Source: Macrostomum lignano (lineage: Eukaryota). From it: a stretch of 64,000 nucleotides of DNA. The position numbers and the translations under genes were made by a program. Shown piece by piece: positions 1 through 11,939 of this stretch (its first letter is position 1; each line of letters opens with the position of its first letter). The stretch is from contig NIVC01001358.1 of NCBI GenBank assembly GCA_002269645.1, forward strand, positions 1 to 64,000, given 5' to 3'. Below the pieces are notes generated by a model that did not search any database, had not been told where the DNA came from, and saw nothing but the letters and a program-made list of their open reading frames with translations.

Positions 1-3000
1 TGTTTAATAATTTAATTTATTTTTGTCTTTTAGTGTATAATTATCAACTAGACTAAACCCATTTATCTATTGCCCTATACAGTTTTCATTTTTTTTATTT
101 ATTTAAATATACAGAATTGTAAATCATGAGTGCAAGCCTTGAAAATGACTGTTTTGTGTTGAAACGCAATTAGCTATAACAATAATTTACTTATATATTG
201 ATTTTGGCTTTCATTTCTCTATTATTTATTAAATGAGCATCTCTATTAGATTTAGACCACATATGCATATCCATAGGTTTTTAAACTATTTCAATAGGAA
301 TCTTACAAATTAGTATTTAATTAATAGAGCCATATCATGACCATATTATATAAAACAAAATGTTGAGATCAAAAAACAATTTGTAGTAAAGATTAATTAA
401 AGAATTAATATAGGCCTAAGACTTAATTAAAGTTCAAATAAACAAAATATATAATAAAAAGGTAGTAAAATAAAAAATAGCAGATAGAGAAAAAATTATA
501 TAAATAAAAATACAAACCAATAAAATCAAAAATTATTTTATTGATTGAGGTATGAGCTTTGTAATTTGATACTTATGTTATTATTTATTACTAATTACTA
601 TTAGACCTAGGCTTAGGGCCTATCTTATAATTTTAGACCTAACCTAGCCTAGCCTAGCCTTACCTAGGACAGCCTAGGTAGGATTCTTATTATGGTCTAG
701 GTCTAGACTAAGACATTTTAAGGCTAATAGGGCTAGGCCTATAGGCTTATATAGCAATATAAAATTGCTATTAAAATGTTAAGTTTTAAAGTTTATATTA
801 TAAATATTGATTTCAAACAATCAAACTCACTGATTTTAAATCAAAGATTCATATTCATTTTTCATCATGTTGTTCAGGCCTAATAACAATATAGGGCTAT
901 TAGTATTACTAGGCCCTAGGCTAGGCCCTAAGCCTAATTAAGAGTTTAAAAACAAGTCATAGGCCTAGGCCTAACTCTTATCAATTTAGCCTAAGCCTAA
1001 GAGGAAGGTTACTTACCCTTAAAATGTGAAAAGCATAGCTTTTATTTCTATCAAAATAATCACCTTTATTACTGAACACCTGGCCCATATTAAATATTTT
1101 TCATCTCAATTCTCTATTTAGACTATTTCTATTTGGCTTTAGGTGTACCAGGCCAGGGCGATTAAGACAATTCATAGACTAGGCCTATGCTAATGCCAAA
1201 GCTGATGTTCAACCCTTACTAGGCCTAGGCTATACAACATCATAAATGCAAGGGGCTAAGGAAAATTTCTGGGTTTTCTAGCCAACACTAAGTAGTATGG
1301 GCCTAAGTCAATAACCAATCAATTTAATAGGGCTAGGCTAAGCCTAATTATAAAAGAAAAGCCTTTAAATCTAATCAATTTTACTTCACTAAATACCAAA
1401 AACAATTGAGTAGCTTGACCTCAGACAGATGTAACTCGTGTGAATTGTGATCATCACACTTGGCTGGGGGTCTCCCTAAAACACGCCCCGCACCGCCCTG
1501 CAGCGCTACACATTAAAACAAATTGGACTATAACTGAAGACACTAAAAATGCGTTTTCTGTTAAGCTTCAAAGCTTTTATTAAATTTAGTTTTTTTAATT
1601 TGAAATATAAAATTCAGTGAATAATAAGTGATATTAATAATAATATTAATAAAGTAATAATAATATAATTTAATAATCAAAACGAGAATATAAAAAATAA
1701 TAACAATATTTATAATAATAATTAAAGATATTTATTCCATTACTCTTACAACAAATAGTTTTCCTTGCAATCAAATACTGCGTTGACACACCCGACCAGC
1801 ATGGATTTAATCGGTAGAAAAGGTAAACGTTTTCTACGATTAGATAGGGTAGATGGCATGTCGACTGCCAGCATAACATGCTTTCCTTCTGATTAAAAGC
1901 GGACTGTATATACTTGTATTGGGCAGTTATGGCGCGCAATTCAAAAGCCTACGCACAACCAATATTATAATGGCTCGACATATTTAATTAGTATAGCCTA
2001 TAGGGCATTGTGTTAGTATGTATGAATTCAAGACCTAGACTAATAAAGCAGTTTGTGTCTAGAGTCGAAAACTTTGGAAATGTGTCGCCCTAGCTTGCAC
2101 AAAAAGCCATGTATGACATGACTGAATGAAATTTAATTAGGAGGTTAATGATTGTAAAATAAACTAGCTACTTGGACCTCTTGACAATGACAATAAGGAT
2201 GAAATGGTCCTGTTGCAGGCAGATATTAATTGGCTTAAAAAAAAGTAAAAGCTTGATGGCTAGCTAGCTAGGTGGCCTTGGCTCACCCAGTTATTGGCCT
2301 TATATTGGCCTTCTTATCAATATGTGGGCCATTTTGTACTGCATTCTGCTTTAATCTACTTTGTTTTTCTTCTTTATTGCCAGGTATTTAGTATAATTTT
2401 TTAGCTCTTAGTTGTATTCTTTATTTTAATATCACTCTATACTTGTACCATGAAAAGAAACACAAAAGGCCTTGTCAATTTTAGGCCTATGATAGGTAGC
2501 TAGCTATGTTATTTTATTTTAGTAATAGGCCTATAGCTATTAAGAGTAGGCCTACTAAATTATTAGTCTATAAAATGTATATGGTCTAAAATAGGCTAGC
2601 TATTTTAGACCCTATTATATTTTATGCTTCTTGTCTAACAATCTAATAATTGTTGTAGGCCAATATTATGAAATGTATAGGCCTAGCTATAGAAAAAGAA
2701 AAAGAAGCCAATAACCTTCCTAATGAATAAATTAATTAATATTAGTTCAGTTGTGTATTTACTTTATATTTATTGTCATATGAATCCTATATACTAAAAA
2801 TGAGTTGTCTGTGGGTAGGTAGGTAGGTAGGTATGCGATAGATTTCAGAAAAAATGGCTCAACCGATTTTCTTCAAACTTGCACCATTCGATCAGAAATT
2901 TTCCTGGGACGGTACATGCATCTTGGCTAAGAAATTGCTCAATATTAAAGGGATTAAATATTCGAAAAACATGCTTTTTTGCAAAGGTCAAGCAGCTCTT

Positions 3001-3265
3001 TCGACCTGAAATGCATTGTAAGAATGCTAGAGAAAAAACTGACTGACTGAATTCCAATTGTGATAAAGATTACATCACAACCAGTTGAAAACAGTGCCGA
3101 ACAAATGCACACAAAACTTGATTTAAATTGCGTAACAATATTGCCAACTTAAATTGACACTGATATTGGCTGACTGAGAAATTGATTATGTCATAACTTT
3201 TTACTCTAACCGATTTGCTATAAGAATTTAATTATAAGGGCCACAATTCACGTATTCCAATTGAC

Positions 3266-3348
3266 AAGAGATAGCATAGATGCGAACAGACTGGAATGCT
3301 AATGCAGCGACCTGGGTTCGAATCTTAGTAGTGCAAAAAGATTTTTTT
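3266..3348 (+). promoter_or_regulatory. tRNA-derived (SINE-like) Pol III cassette; mirror copy at about 18808-18890 on the minus strand
   Basis: A-box-like TAGCATAGATG at 3272, B-box GGGTTCGAATC at 3314-3324, and a T7 run at 3342-3348. It does not fold into a full cloverleaf. Confidence 0.5.
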
Positions 3349-3404
3349 ATTCAAAAACCTTAAAAACACAAATGCTAAACACAAAAAAGCACAATGTCAA
3401 ACAT

Positions 3405-5225
3405 TAAAGAGCCACCATGTCAAACATTAAAGAGCCACCATGTCGAACATTAAAGAGCCATCATGTCGACCATTAAAGAGCCACCATGTCGAACATTAAA
3501 GAGCCACCATGTCGAACATTAAAGAGCCACCATGTCTAACATTAAAGAGCCACCATGTAAAACATAAAAAAGCCACCATGTCAAACATAAAAGAGCCACC
3601 ATGTCAAACATATATGTGAATCCAGGTCAAACAGTAAAGAGCCACCATGTCAAACATAAAAGAGCCACCATGTCGAACATAAAAGAACCACCATGTCCAA
3701 CATAAAAGAGCCACCATGTCAAACATTAAAGAGCCTCAATGTCAAACATTAAAGAGCCACCATGTCGAATATTAAAGAGCCACCATGTCTAACATTAAAG
3801 AGCCACCATGTAAAACATAAAAAAGCCACCATGTCAAACATAAAAGAGCCACCATGTCAAACATATATGTGAATCCAGGTCAAACAGTAAAGAGCCACCA
3901 TGTCAAACATAAAAGAGCCACCATGTCGAACATAAAAGAACCACCATGTCCAACATAAAAGAGCCACCATGTCAAACATTAAAGAGCCTCAATGTCAAAC
4001 ATTAAAGAGCCACCATGTCGAATATTAAAGAGCCACCATGTCTAACATTATAGAGCCACCATGTCGAACATTAAAGAGCCACTATGTCTAACATTAAAGA
4101 GCCACCATGTCGAATATTAAAGAGCCACCATGTCTAACATTAAAGAGCCACCATGTCGAACATTAAAGAGCCACTATGTCTAACATTAAAGAGCCACCAT
4201 GTCAAACATAAAAGAGCCACCATGTCAAACATAAAAGAGCCACCATGTCAAACATAAAAGAGCCACCATGTCAAACATATATGTGACTCCATGTCAATCA
4301 GTAAAGAGCCACCATGTCAAGCATAAAAGAGCCACCATGTCGAACATAAAAGAGCCACCATGTCAAACATATATGTGAATCCAGGTCAAACAGTAAGGAG
4401 CCACCATGTCAAACATAAAAGAGCCACCATGTCGAACATAAAAGAACCACCATGTCCAACATAAAAGAGCCACCATGTCAAACATTAAAGAGCCTCAATG
4501 TCAAACATTAAAGAGCCACCATGTCGAATATTAAAGAGCCACCATGTCTAACATTATAGAGCCACCATGTCGAACATTAAAGAGCCACTATGTCTAACAT
4601 TATAGAGCCACCATGTCGAATATTAAAGAGCCACCATGTCTAACATTAAAGAGCCACCATGTCGAATATTAAAGAGCCACCATGTCTAACATTAAAGAGC
4701 CACCATGTCTAACATTAAAAAGCCACCATGTCGAACATTAAAGAGCCACCATGTCGAACATATATGTGACTCCATGTCAAACAGTAAAGAGCCACCATGT
4801 CAAGCATAGAAGAGCCACCATGTCGAACATAAAAGAGCCATCATGTCAAACATTAAAGAGCCACCATGTCAAGCATAAAAGAGCCACCATGTAGAACATA
4901 AAAGAACCACCATGTCCAACATAAAAGAGCCACCATGTCAAATATTAAAGAGCCGCAATGTCAAACATTAAAGAGCCATCATGTCTAACATTAAACAGCC
5001 ACCATGTCGAACATTAAAGAGCCACCATGTCGAACATTAAAGAGCCACCGTGTCTAACATTAAAGAGCCACCATGTCTAACATTATAGAGCCACCATGTC
5101 GAACATTAAAGAGCCACCATGTCTAACATTAAAGAGCCACCATGTCGAACATTAAAGAGCCACCATGTCGAACATAAAAGAGCCACCATGTCAAACATTT
5201 AGGAGCCACCATGTCAAACATAAAA
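3405..5225 (+). repeat. 23-bp minisatellite (TAAAGAGCCACCATGTCRAACAT)n; mirror array at about 16748-18760
   Basis: Direct reading of tandem units; contains recurrent variant units ATATATGTGAATCCAGGTCAAACAG. Confidence 0.97.
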
Positions 5226-5334
5226 TTTACACAATTTCAAACGTAAAAGTAAGCGTCATGCCAATGTTAAAGGAGCCACTATAGAGCTAAGGAAATTGTA
5301 GCACTAGCTACCGGGTACTTATTGTATGGTGGAT

Positions 5335-5430
5335 GCTTACTATTTGGGGATGCTTGCTATCTGGGGATGCTTGCTATCTGGGGGATGCTTGCAATCTGGG
5401 GGATGCTTGCTATTTGGGGGATGCTTGCTG
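5335..5430 (+). repeat. 18-19-bp minisatellite (GGGGGATGCTTGCTATCT)x5; mirror at about 16542-16637
   Basis: Tandem units visible. Confidence 0.9.
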
Positions 5431-5721
5431 TCTTGGGATGATTTCTTTTTGCATTACACTTTATTTGAGCAGTTTGTCTGTCGTCTTTGTGAAGGCTTTT
5501 TTGGCTATCTTTTTGTTACTTGTAGAGAACAGAGATTCTATCCAGATGTCCCCCAACGGGGGCGAAGATTGCTAGTTATATACTTATATTGCATTTAGCC
5601 TAGGCATATCTACTCTAGTCTGCCTATCCTCTACCTATGTCTGTTCTCTCAATCATTATATTTTTACTTTTTCCCTCTCTTAATTCCTTTATATCATGCT
5701 TCTCAATTATCTCCCATCTTT

Positions 5722-5900
5722 GCCCTCCCCAATTCCCTCCTATCCTGCCTATCCCCAATTCCCTCCTATCCTGCCCACCCCCCCAATTCCCTCCTATCCT
5801 GCCCACCCCCCAATTCCCTCCTATCTTGCCCACCCCCCAATTCCCTCCTATCCTGCCCACCCCCCAATTCCTTCCTATCCTGCCCATCCCCCAATTTCCG
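5722..5900 (+). repeat. ~26-bp minisatellite (CCCCAATTCCCTCCTATCCTGCCCAC)n; mirror at about 16072-16250
   Basis: Tandem units visible. Confidence 0.9.
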
Positions 5901-6209
5901 CCATCCTGCCCTTCAATCTTTTCACCCTTGGGTTTTAAGCTATAAACCCAAGGCAATTCAAAATCTAGAAATGGATTTCAAATTGGAAAATTGAATTCAG
6001 CATTTCAAGCACCTTTCAAAAAGGCGAAACTATAGAGCTAGAAAATATGGAACTATTTAACTACCTTAAGTTCAATAAGTTATAGTTGGATATTGCCAAC
6101 TCTTTTCCAGGTGCCTCTATCTAGCTAATGCTAACAAAAATGTTGCAAGGTGTACTTTAATATTATATTTGTTCTAGTAAGCAGTTTTTCTGTGTCTCCC
6201 ATTCTACCC

Positions 6210-6600
6210 CACCTTTCCCTCCCGTTCTACCCTTCCATTCCTTCCCATTCTACCCCTCCATTCCCTCCCATTCTACCCCCACCATTCCCTCCCATTCTAC
6301 CCTTCCATTCCCTCACATTCTACCCCCTCCATTCCCTCCCATTCTACCCTTCCATTCCTTCCCATTCTACCCTCTATGCCTTCCATATACCCTCAATACT
6401 CTCCCTATACCCTCCATACCCTTCTATACCCATTCTTACCCTCCATATACCCTCCATACCATCCCTATACCCTCCATACCATTCCTATACCCTCAATACC
6501 ATCCCTATACCCTCCATACCATCCCTATACTCTCCTTATAACCTCTCCATACCCTCCATACCCTCCATACTTTTTCTATACCCACCCATGGACTCCCTGT
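6210..6600 (+). repeat. Degenerate pyrimidine-rich repeats (CCCTCCCATTCTA / CCCTCCATACC); mirror at about 15372-15762
   Basis: Low-complexity C/T-rich tandem motifs. Confidence 0.8.
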
Positions 6601-6804
6601 ACCCTCTATGCCCTCCCTATACTCTCCATACCCTCCTGCTTTTCCTATCCTTCCCGCGTTATACTTTTCCCTATCCAGCCTCTACTATTCCCTCTTTCCA
6701 CCTCCAGCGCCTCCCCCTCTCTAGCCCCTACCCTCTCTTCCTTTACTTTCCAGCCCCCATCCTCTACTCCCCTCCAGCGCCCACCCTCTTCTCCCATCAG
6801 CCCC

Positions 6805-7712
6805 TACCCTCTCCTCCACTCCAGCGCCCTCCCTCTCCTCCACTCCAGCGCCCTCCCTCTCCTCCACTCCAGGGCCCTCTCTCTCCACTCCAGCGCCCTC
6901 CCTCTCCTCCACTCCAGCGCCCTCCCTCTCCTCCACTCCAGCGCCCTCCCTCTCCTCCACTCCAGCGCCCTCCCTCTCCTCCACTCCAGCGCCCTCCCTC
7001 TCCTCCACTCCAGCGCCCTCCCTCTCCTCCACTCCAGCGCCCTCCCTCTCCTCCACTCCAGCGCCCTCCCTCTCCTCCACTCCAGGGCCCTCTCTCTCCT
7101 CCACTCCAGCGCCCTCCCTCTCCTCCACTCCAGCGCCCTCCCTCTCCTCCACTCCAGCGCCCTCCCTCTCCTCCACTCCAGCGCCCTCCCTCTCTTCCAC
7201 TCCAGCGCCCTCCCTCTCCTCCACTCCAGCGCCCTCCCTCTCCTCCACTCCAGCGCCCTCCCTCTCCTCCACTCCAGCGCCCTCCCTCTCCTCCACTCCA
7301 GCGCCCTCCCTCTCCTCCACTCCAGCGCCCTCCCTCTCCTCCACTCCAGCGCCCTCCCTCTCCTCCACTCCAGCGCCCTCCCTCTCCTCCACTCCAGCGC
7401 CCTCCCTCTCCTCCACTCCAGCGCCCTCCCTCTCCTCCACTCCAGCGCCCTCCCTCTCCTCCACTCCAGCGCCCTCCCTCTCCTCCACTCCAGCGCCCTC
7501 CCTCTCCTCCACTCCAGCGCCCTCCCTCTCCTCCACTCCAGCGCCCTCCCTCTCCTCCACTCCAGCGCCCTCCCTCTCCTCCACTCCAGCGCCCTCCCTC
7601 TCCTCCACTCCAGCGCCCTCCCTCTCCTCCACTCCAGCGCCCTCCCTCTCCTCCACTCCAGCGCCCTCCCTCTCCTCCACTCCAGCGCCCTCCCTCTCCT
7701 CCACTCCAGCGC
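6805..7712 (+). repeat. 24-bp minisatellite (CCCTCCCTCTCCTCCACTCCAGCG)x~38; mirror at about 14260-15167
   Basis: Near-perfect tandem array. The translations of both arms are identical, including the positions of variant units. Confidence 0.97.
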
Positions 7713-8824
7713 CCACCCTCTACTCTCCTTGGTTATCCCTTCGTTACGCTCTTCCCTCCTCTCTGTTTTACTTACTGTGTCATGCATAACCCGTCTGCTA
7801 CAGTGTTCTTAAATAGCCTTTTATACCCTCCTCTTTCCCTAGCCCCTCCTCCCCCGGCGGCTCCCCTTCTCGTAGCTCTGCTAATAAAATCGTAATTCTT
7901 CTTCTCTTCAGAATAATTTGCCCAGCTGCGAACTGTGATGGTGCATACCGGGTACTCGCAATTTAAAAAGCGTATGCTTCTTACTGATTTACTGATTTAA
8001 TTCCGACGCAACCAAGCAAATCGTTTACTTTCAAGTCCGTGCATTTTCGTTCGGCGTTAATGCCGTGTGGCGTTGGTGTAATACTATCGCGAAATTCAAT
8101 TTCCAATGTCATTATCTAACTATTGTCGCTTTTCTGTATTACAACTATATACAATACTTCTGCATTTATTGACGTAACATTGTGCCAATAATGTCACATT
8201 GTGTGGCCTCAATATGAATCTGTTGCTGAATGCAACTTATAGCCCATTGACCAGTTTAATCGCTTGAAATACATTGTAATGTAATACTGTATCGCTTTTG
8301 GCAATCGAAACGAGACTTTAGCCAGACTCCTCACTGATCCAAATGCTCCTCAAGCAAAGGTACGAGTATATGGAAAGCAGACTGAGCTCCGCAGACTTAG
8401 TATATTTGATCTTCGGATCGCGGATAGAACCAAGGAAATCTTGGTACGTAAATAAAATTGGAGTCACTTTTCCTACTTCCACTTTCCCTGCTCTTTCCCT
8501 GACCACAGTCTGTGCCCCAGGCTCAAGTTAGACCAACGCAAAATACTAACCTGAATAGGAAGCAAGCAACTCACTTCCCACTCTAGTCTTTTTCTGCCAC
8601 TGTTGTCTTGCAATACTCGCAAAGATCTCGTATGGCGTCCTATTTGAATTGGCGCGTCTCGTTAACGTAGTCGAAAGCAATACTGGTGCCAATTATTTGT
8701 GTCGATCAAGTTTCCTAGAGAATGATTTGTTGATAACTGTATATTCGCTGTCTTAGAGCTGCACGCTGTGTTTAACCATTACTTTGTCGTAGAGGAGCTG
8801 ATGAAGGGAGGCGTTGGGGCGGAC

Positions 8825-9310
8825 CTTTTGGAGGGGCGGAGCTGATGGGGGGCGGTAGCGGCGGAGCTTTTGGAGGGGCGGAGCTGATGGGGGCGGTAGC
8901 GGCGGAGCTTTTGGAGGGGCGGAGCTGATGGGGGCGGTAGGAGCGGAGCTGATGGGGGGCGGTAGCGGCGGAGCTTTTGGAGGGGCGGAGCTGATGGGGG
9001 CGGTAGGAGCGGAGCTGATGGGGGCGGTAGGGGCGGAGCTGATGGGGCGGTAGCGGCGGAGCTTTTGGAGGGGCGGAGCTGATGGGGGCGGTAGGAGCGG
9101 AGCTGATGGGGGCGGTAGGGGCGGAGCTGATGGGGGGCGGTAGGGCGGAGCTGATGGGGGCGGTAGCGGCGGAGCTTTTGGAGGGGCGGAGCTGATGGGG
9201 GCGGTAGGAGCGGAGCTGATGGGGGCGGTAGGGGCGGAGCTGATGGGGGCGGTAGGGGCGGAGCTGATGGGGGCGGTAGCGGCGGAGCTTTTGGAGGGCG
9301 GAGCTGATGG
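8825..9310 (+). repeat. G-rich minisatellite (GGAGCTGATGGGGGCGGTAG / GGAGCTTTTGGAGGGGC modules); shorter mirror array at about 12975-13145
   Basis: Tandem modules visible; the left copy is 330 bp longer than the right. Confidence 0.92.
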
Positions 9311-9974
9311 AGGGGGGTCGAAGGGGCGGAGTTGATGGAGGATGGTTTTTCTATTTATTCGACCGATTGAAGTATACACAACGTATATCGTCATTCAGTC
9401 AAGTTTTGAACCCAGTCATACAAAATACTCGTATCTTGTCAGTCAAGTTGAGAATCCCCACTGACAAAGCAACATTGAAAAAAGCCGCCACTCTATGCGC
9501 CAGTGAGCTAGCTTCTAGCTTGGACTATTCTGAAATAAAAGATACGAGAAAACTGAGGCGTAGCTTTAATCCGTCCAACTCTCGCACACCGCGATCCCCT
9601 TCCCCCACTTCATTCCTCAACCCAGGTCGTCTTGTGGCGTATAGCTATAAGTTGCGTCACTCGCAAGATTGAGAGACAGTGCAGAGACAGTCGAAGCTTA
9701 TAGGGACGGAGCTTATGGAGGGGGAGGCCGGTAGAGGTGGACTTGTGGGAGGGAGGACTTCTCACTCACAATTCAACCCTCGAGTTTCGCAAATAAGTCG
9801 CCGCGAGTGAATCAATAATAACGTCAGTCGAGCAAAATCAACACAATTATTTTTTTGCAATATGCAGTTAGAATCACAAATGCTTAAGAACGATCCCTCG
9901 CACGCTGAAGTGCGGCGACTCTGCGGGGCATCCCCAAGATGAGGCGGCGCAGAAAGTCCTGGGGAAGCTGCTGC

Positions 9975-11470
9975 CAAGCGTTTTCAATGGCATGACGCAG
10001 CTCCGCAACATTCTGATGGGTTCGGCCTTTTTAAGCCTGTAGCTCTGGGCCTCAGAACTCAGAAATGAATCACTTAGAACTCTGGCTTCTCACTCCTGTC
10101 AGATGGTCAGCCCCGTGGTAGCTGGATTGTGTGGCGAGCAGCAAGGTCCTATAGCTAAGGGAAGACAGCGAGTCGAGAGACAAGCAGGGAGAATTTGAAA
10201 GGTAGAGATTAGCTAACCGCGGATTAACTAACCCGCTGCCACCAGTCCGTGCGCCCCGGCTCACCAAACCATGCAGCTACCTGTATTCCCTGCACACCGG
10301 AGGCGCCGTGGAAACAAGGCGGCCCAATCAGCTACTCAGCCCAATTTAAAAGCTGTGTTTGCAGCTCCCGTGAGATAGCAGCTGCATTATAGAGAAAATG
10401 ATGCTCAATGAGCTTTTTCATGCTCAATTTCAGTATCATGATGAGGACGCACTTTTTCCCAAATCCCGCGCTAGCACATGGGCTCGAAACTTACTAGCCT
10501 ACTAACAGTGGGCAAGGGGCATTTTTATCTTTTTTCTGCAAATTGTCATAGAATCTATACTAGATATAATGTCTGGCCATACTAGTAATAATACTGCCAG
10601 CAGTAGTCTAAGACTCCAATTCAATCTAAAGTGTGAAGTGAATTAAGGAGAAGGTTAAATCTAACAGTTATCTTTGTCGGCTTTATTTCTTTGTTCGCCG
10701 ATGGCTCAGATGAGTAGCTAAGCTAGTAGGCGCCGGTCACAGTGGACCAATGGCAAGGCAGTTCTCAGTCGACCAATCTAACAAATCAGTGAGCAAAACT
10801 GCCAAAAGTGCAGAATCGGCGCCAGAGATGTACTTTGTGCACTCTAGGGTAGCCAAGCGGCTCGGGTAAATGAATCATGCGGTCTCTGAGGTTCGAGTTA
10901 GCCTATCATCAGCGCTATGAGAGGCTAGTTGGCGCGTTGAAGGCTAAAAGTACATATCTTCGTATTTAGCAATGTAATAGTACATGTAGCTACCCCATAG
11001 ACTCGCCACCGCAAGAATCCCCTGCACAAGTCCCCTCTGTACCTGCATGGCCAACGCGATCTAGTCCCAGCAGTGTCCCTTATCATCGGCTATGACTTCG
11101 AGATTGACAGCAAAAAGACACTAGTTGGCAGGTAAGTGCAAAGCCCCTTCTAGTCGGAAGCCCGATTTCGAGAGTCCCGGTGTGGTGAGCCAGGGCGCAC
11201 GGGCTGGTGGCAGCAAGTTAGTTGATCTGCGGATTAGCTAATTTCTACTTTCAAAATTCTCCCTGCTCGTCTCTCGCTGTCCCTCTCTTAGCTATAGGAC
11301 CTAGACTGCTCGCCACACGATCAAGCTACCATGGGGCTGACCATCTGACAGGAGTGGGGGGCCAGGTCTCTAATTGATTTATTTCTGAGCCTGAGGCCCG
11401 AAGGCTTCCCTAACAAGGAGCCCGAAGGTCGAAACCCATCAATCAGTTTAGTTTCAATTTAAAACACTTG
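9975..11470. repeat. Diverged inner inverted repeat (about 9975-10270 vs 11178-11470) inside the palindrome spacer
   Basis: CTCCTGTCAGATGGTCAGCCCC (10083-10104) pairs with GGGGCTGACCATCTGACAGGAG (11333-11354). GCTGCCACCAGTCCGTGCGCCCCGGCTCACC pairs with GGTGAGCCAGGGCGCACGGGCTGGTGGCAGC. Substitutions and indels occur throughout. Confidence 0.85.
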
Positions 11471-11939
11471 CCTCGTTTTGAGGCCTGTTAACCAGTTCCA
11501 AGGTCTACTACTTATCTCAATGTAAATGCAAATTCTCAGGCTTTATTTTTAGTGTGTAATTTTAGCCATATTTAGACGGCCTCTCCGACATGGTACATGT
11601 AATTGGATTGAGCCTTGAAAGTACTCAGCAACATTATACATAAAGTGGCGCACAATGAATTAAGACCACCTAACACAAATTCGAACTTTTATAGTTTCAT
11701 AACCTTCACAGATTGCGGAAGCATTTAATCTAATCAGTTATAGATAACCGTGGTATCAATCAGTAAAATTATAGTTATGTGTTGTGTAATTACTCACAAT
11801 TGAGTCTGTTTAATTGAAGTCCTTATCTCACAATCGAATATGATAAGTCACACAGTAATAAGACCACTTAATTAATTGGGCTAAAAGGTAGGTGCTACAA
11901 CAGTGGGGCCCCTGCTGATTCCAAAGTCCAAAACATCAA

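Larger units (their letters stand above)
1789..9384 (+). repeat. Left arm (7596 bp) of a giant inverted repeat
   Basis: Reverse complement of 12918-20367. Mirrored ORF pairs have constant coordinate sums (2845+19311=22156; 5326+16646=6150+15822=8343+13629=21972). The outer edge is CACCCGACC at 1789 and the inner edge is ...ACACAACGT at 9384. Confidence 0.97.

Noticed and set aside
1400-1600. GC-richer island in the AT-rich left flank, first considered as an rRNA fragment or exon
   Set aside because: I could not match it to any rRNA motif or protein family.
6150-7895. 581-aa and overlapping proline-rich or Glu/Arg-rich ORFs (and mirrors at 14077-15822)
   Set aside because: They are open on several frames and both strands only because the 24-bp repeat lacks stop codons. 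No splice signals or domain.
8285-8455. 56-codon stop-free frame (FGNRNETLARLLTDPNAPQAKVRVYGKQTELRRLSIFDLRIADRTKEILVRK*) in the arm's unique block
   Set aside because: It looks protein-like but has no ATG, no clear acceptor and no motif I recognise. A tBLASTn or RNA-seq hit would be needed.
11125-11140. Reverse complement reads CACTTACCTG, like the 5' end of U1 snRNA
   Set aside because: It is just the complement of a CAG/GTAAGT donor-like motif; the rest of U1 is absent.
11385-11440. Hammerhead-like fragments (CTGAGGCCCGAAGGC; GAGCCCGAAGGTCGAAAC) in the inner inverted repeat, which might suggest a Penelope-like pseudo-LTR
   Set aside because: There is no intact CUGANGA core, stem II is mismatched, and I found no stems I/III.
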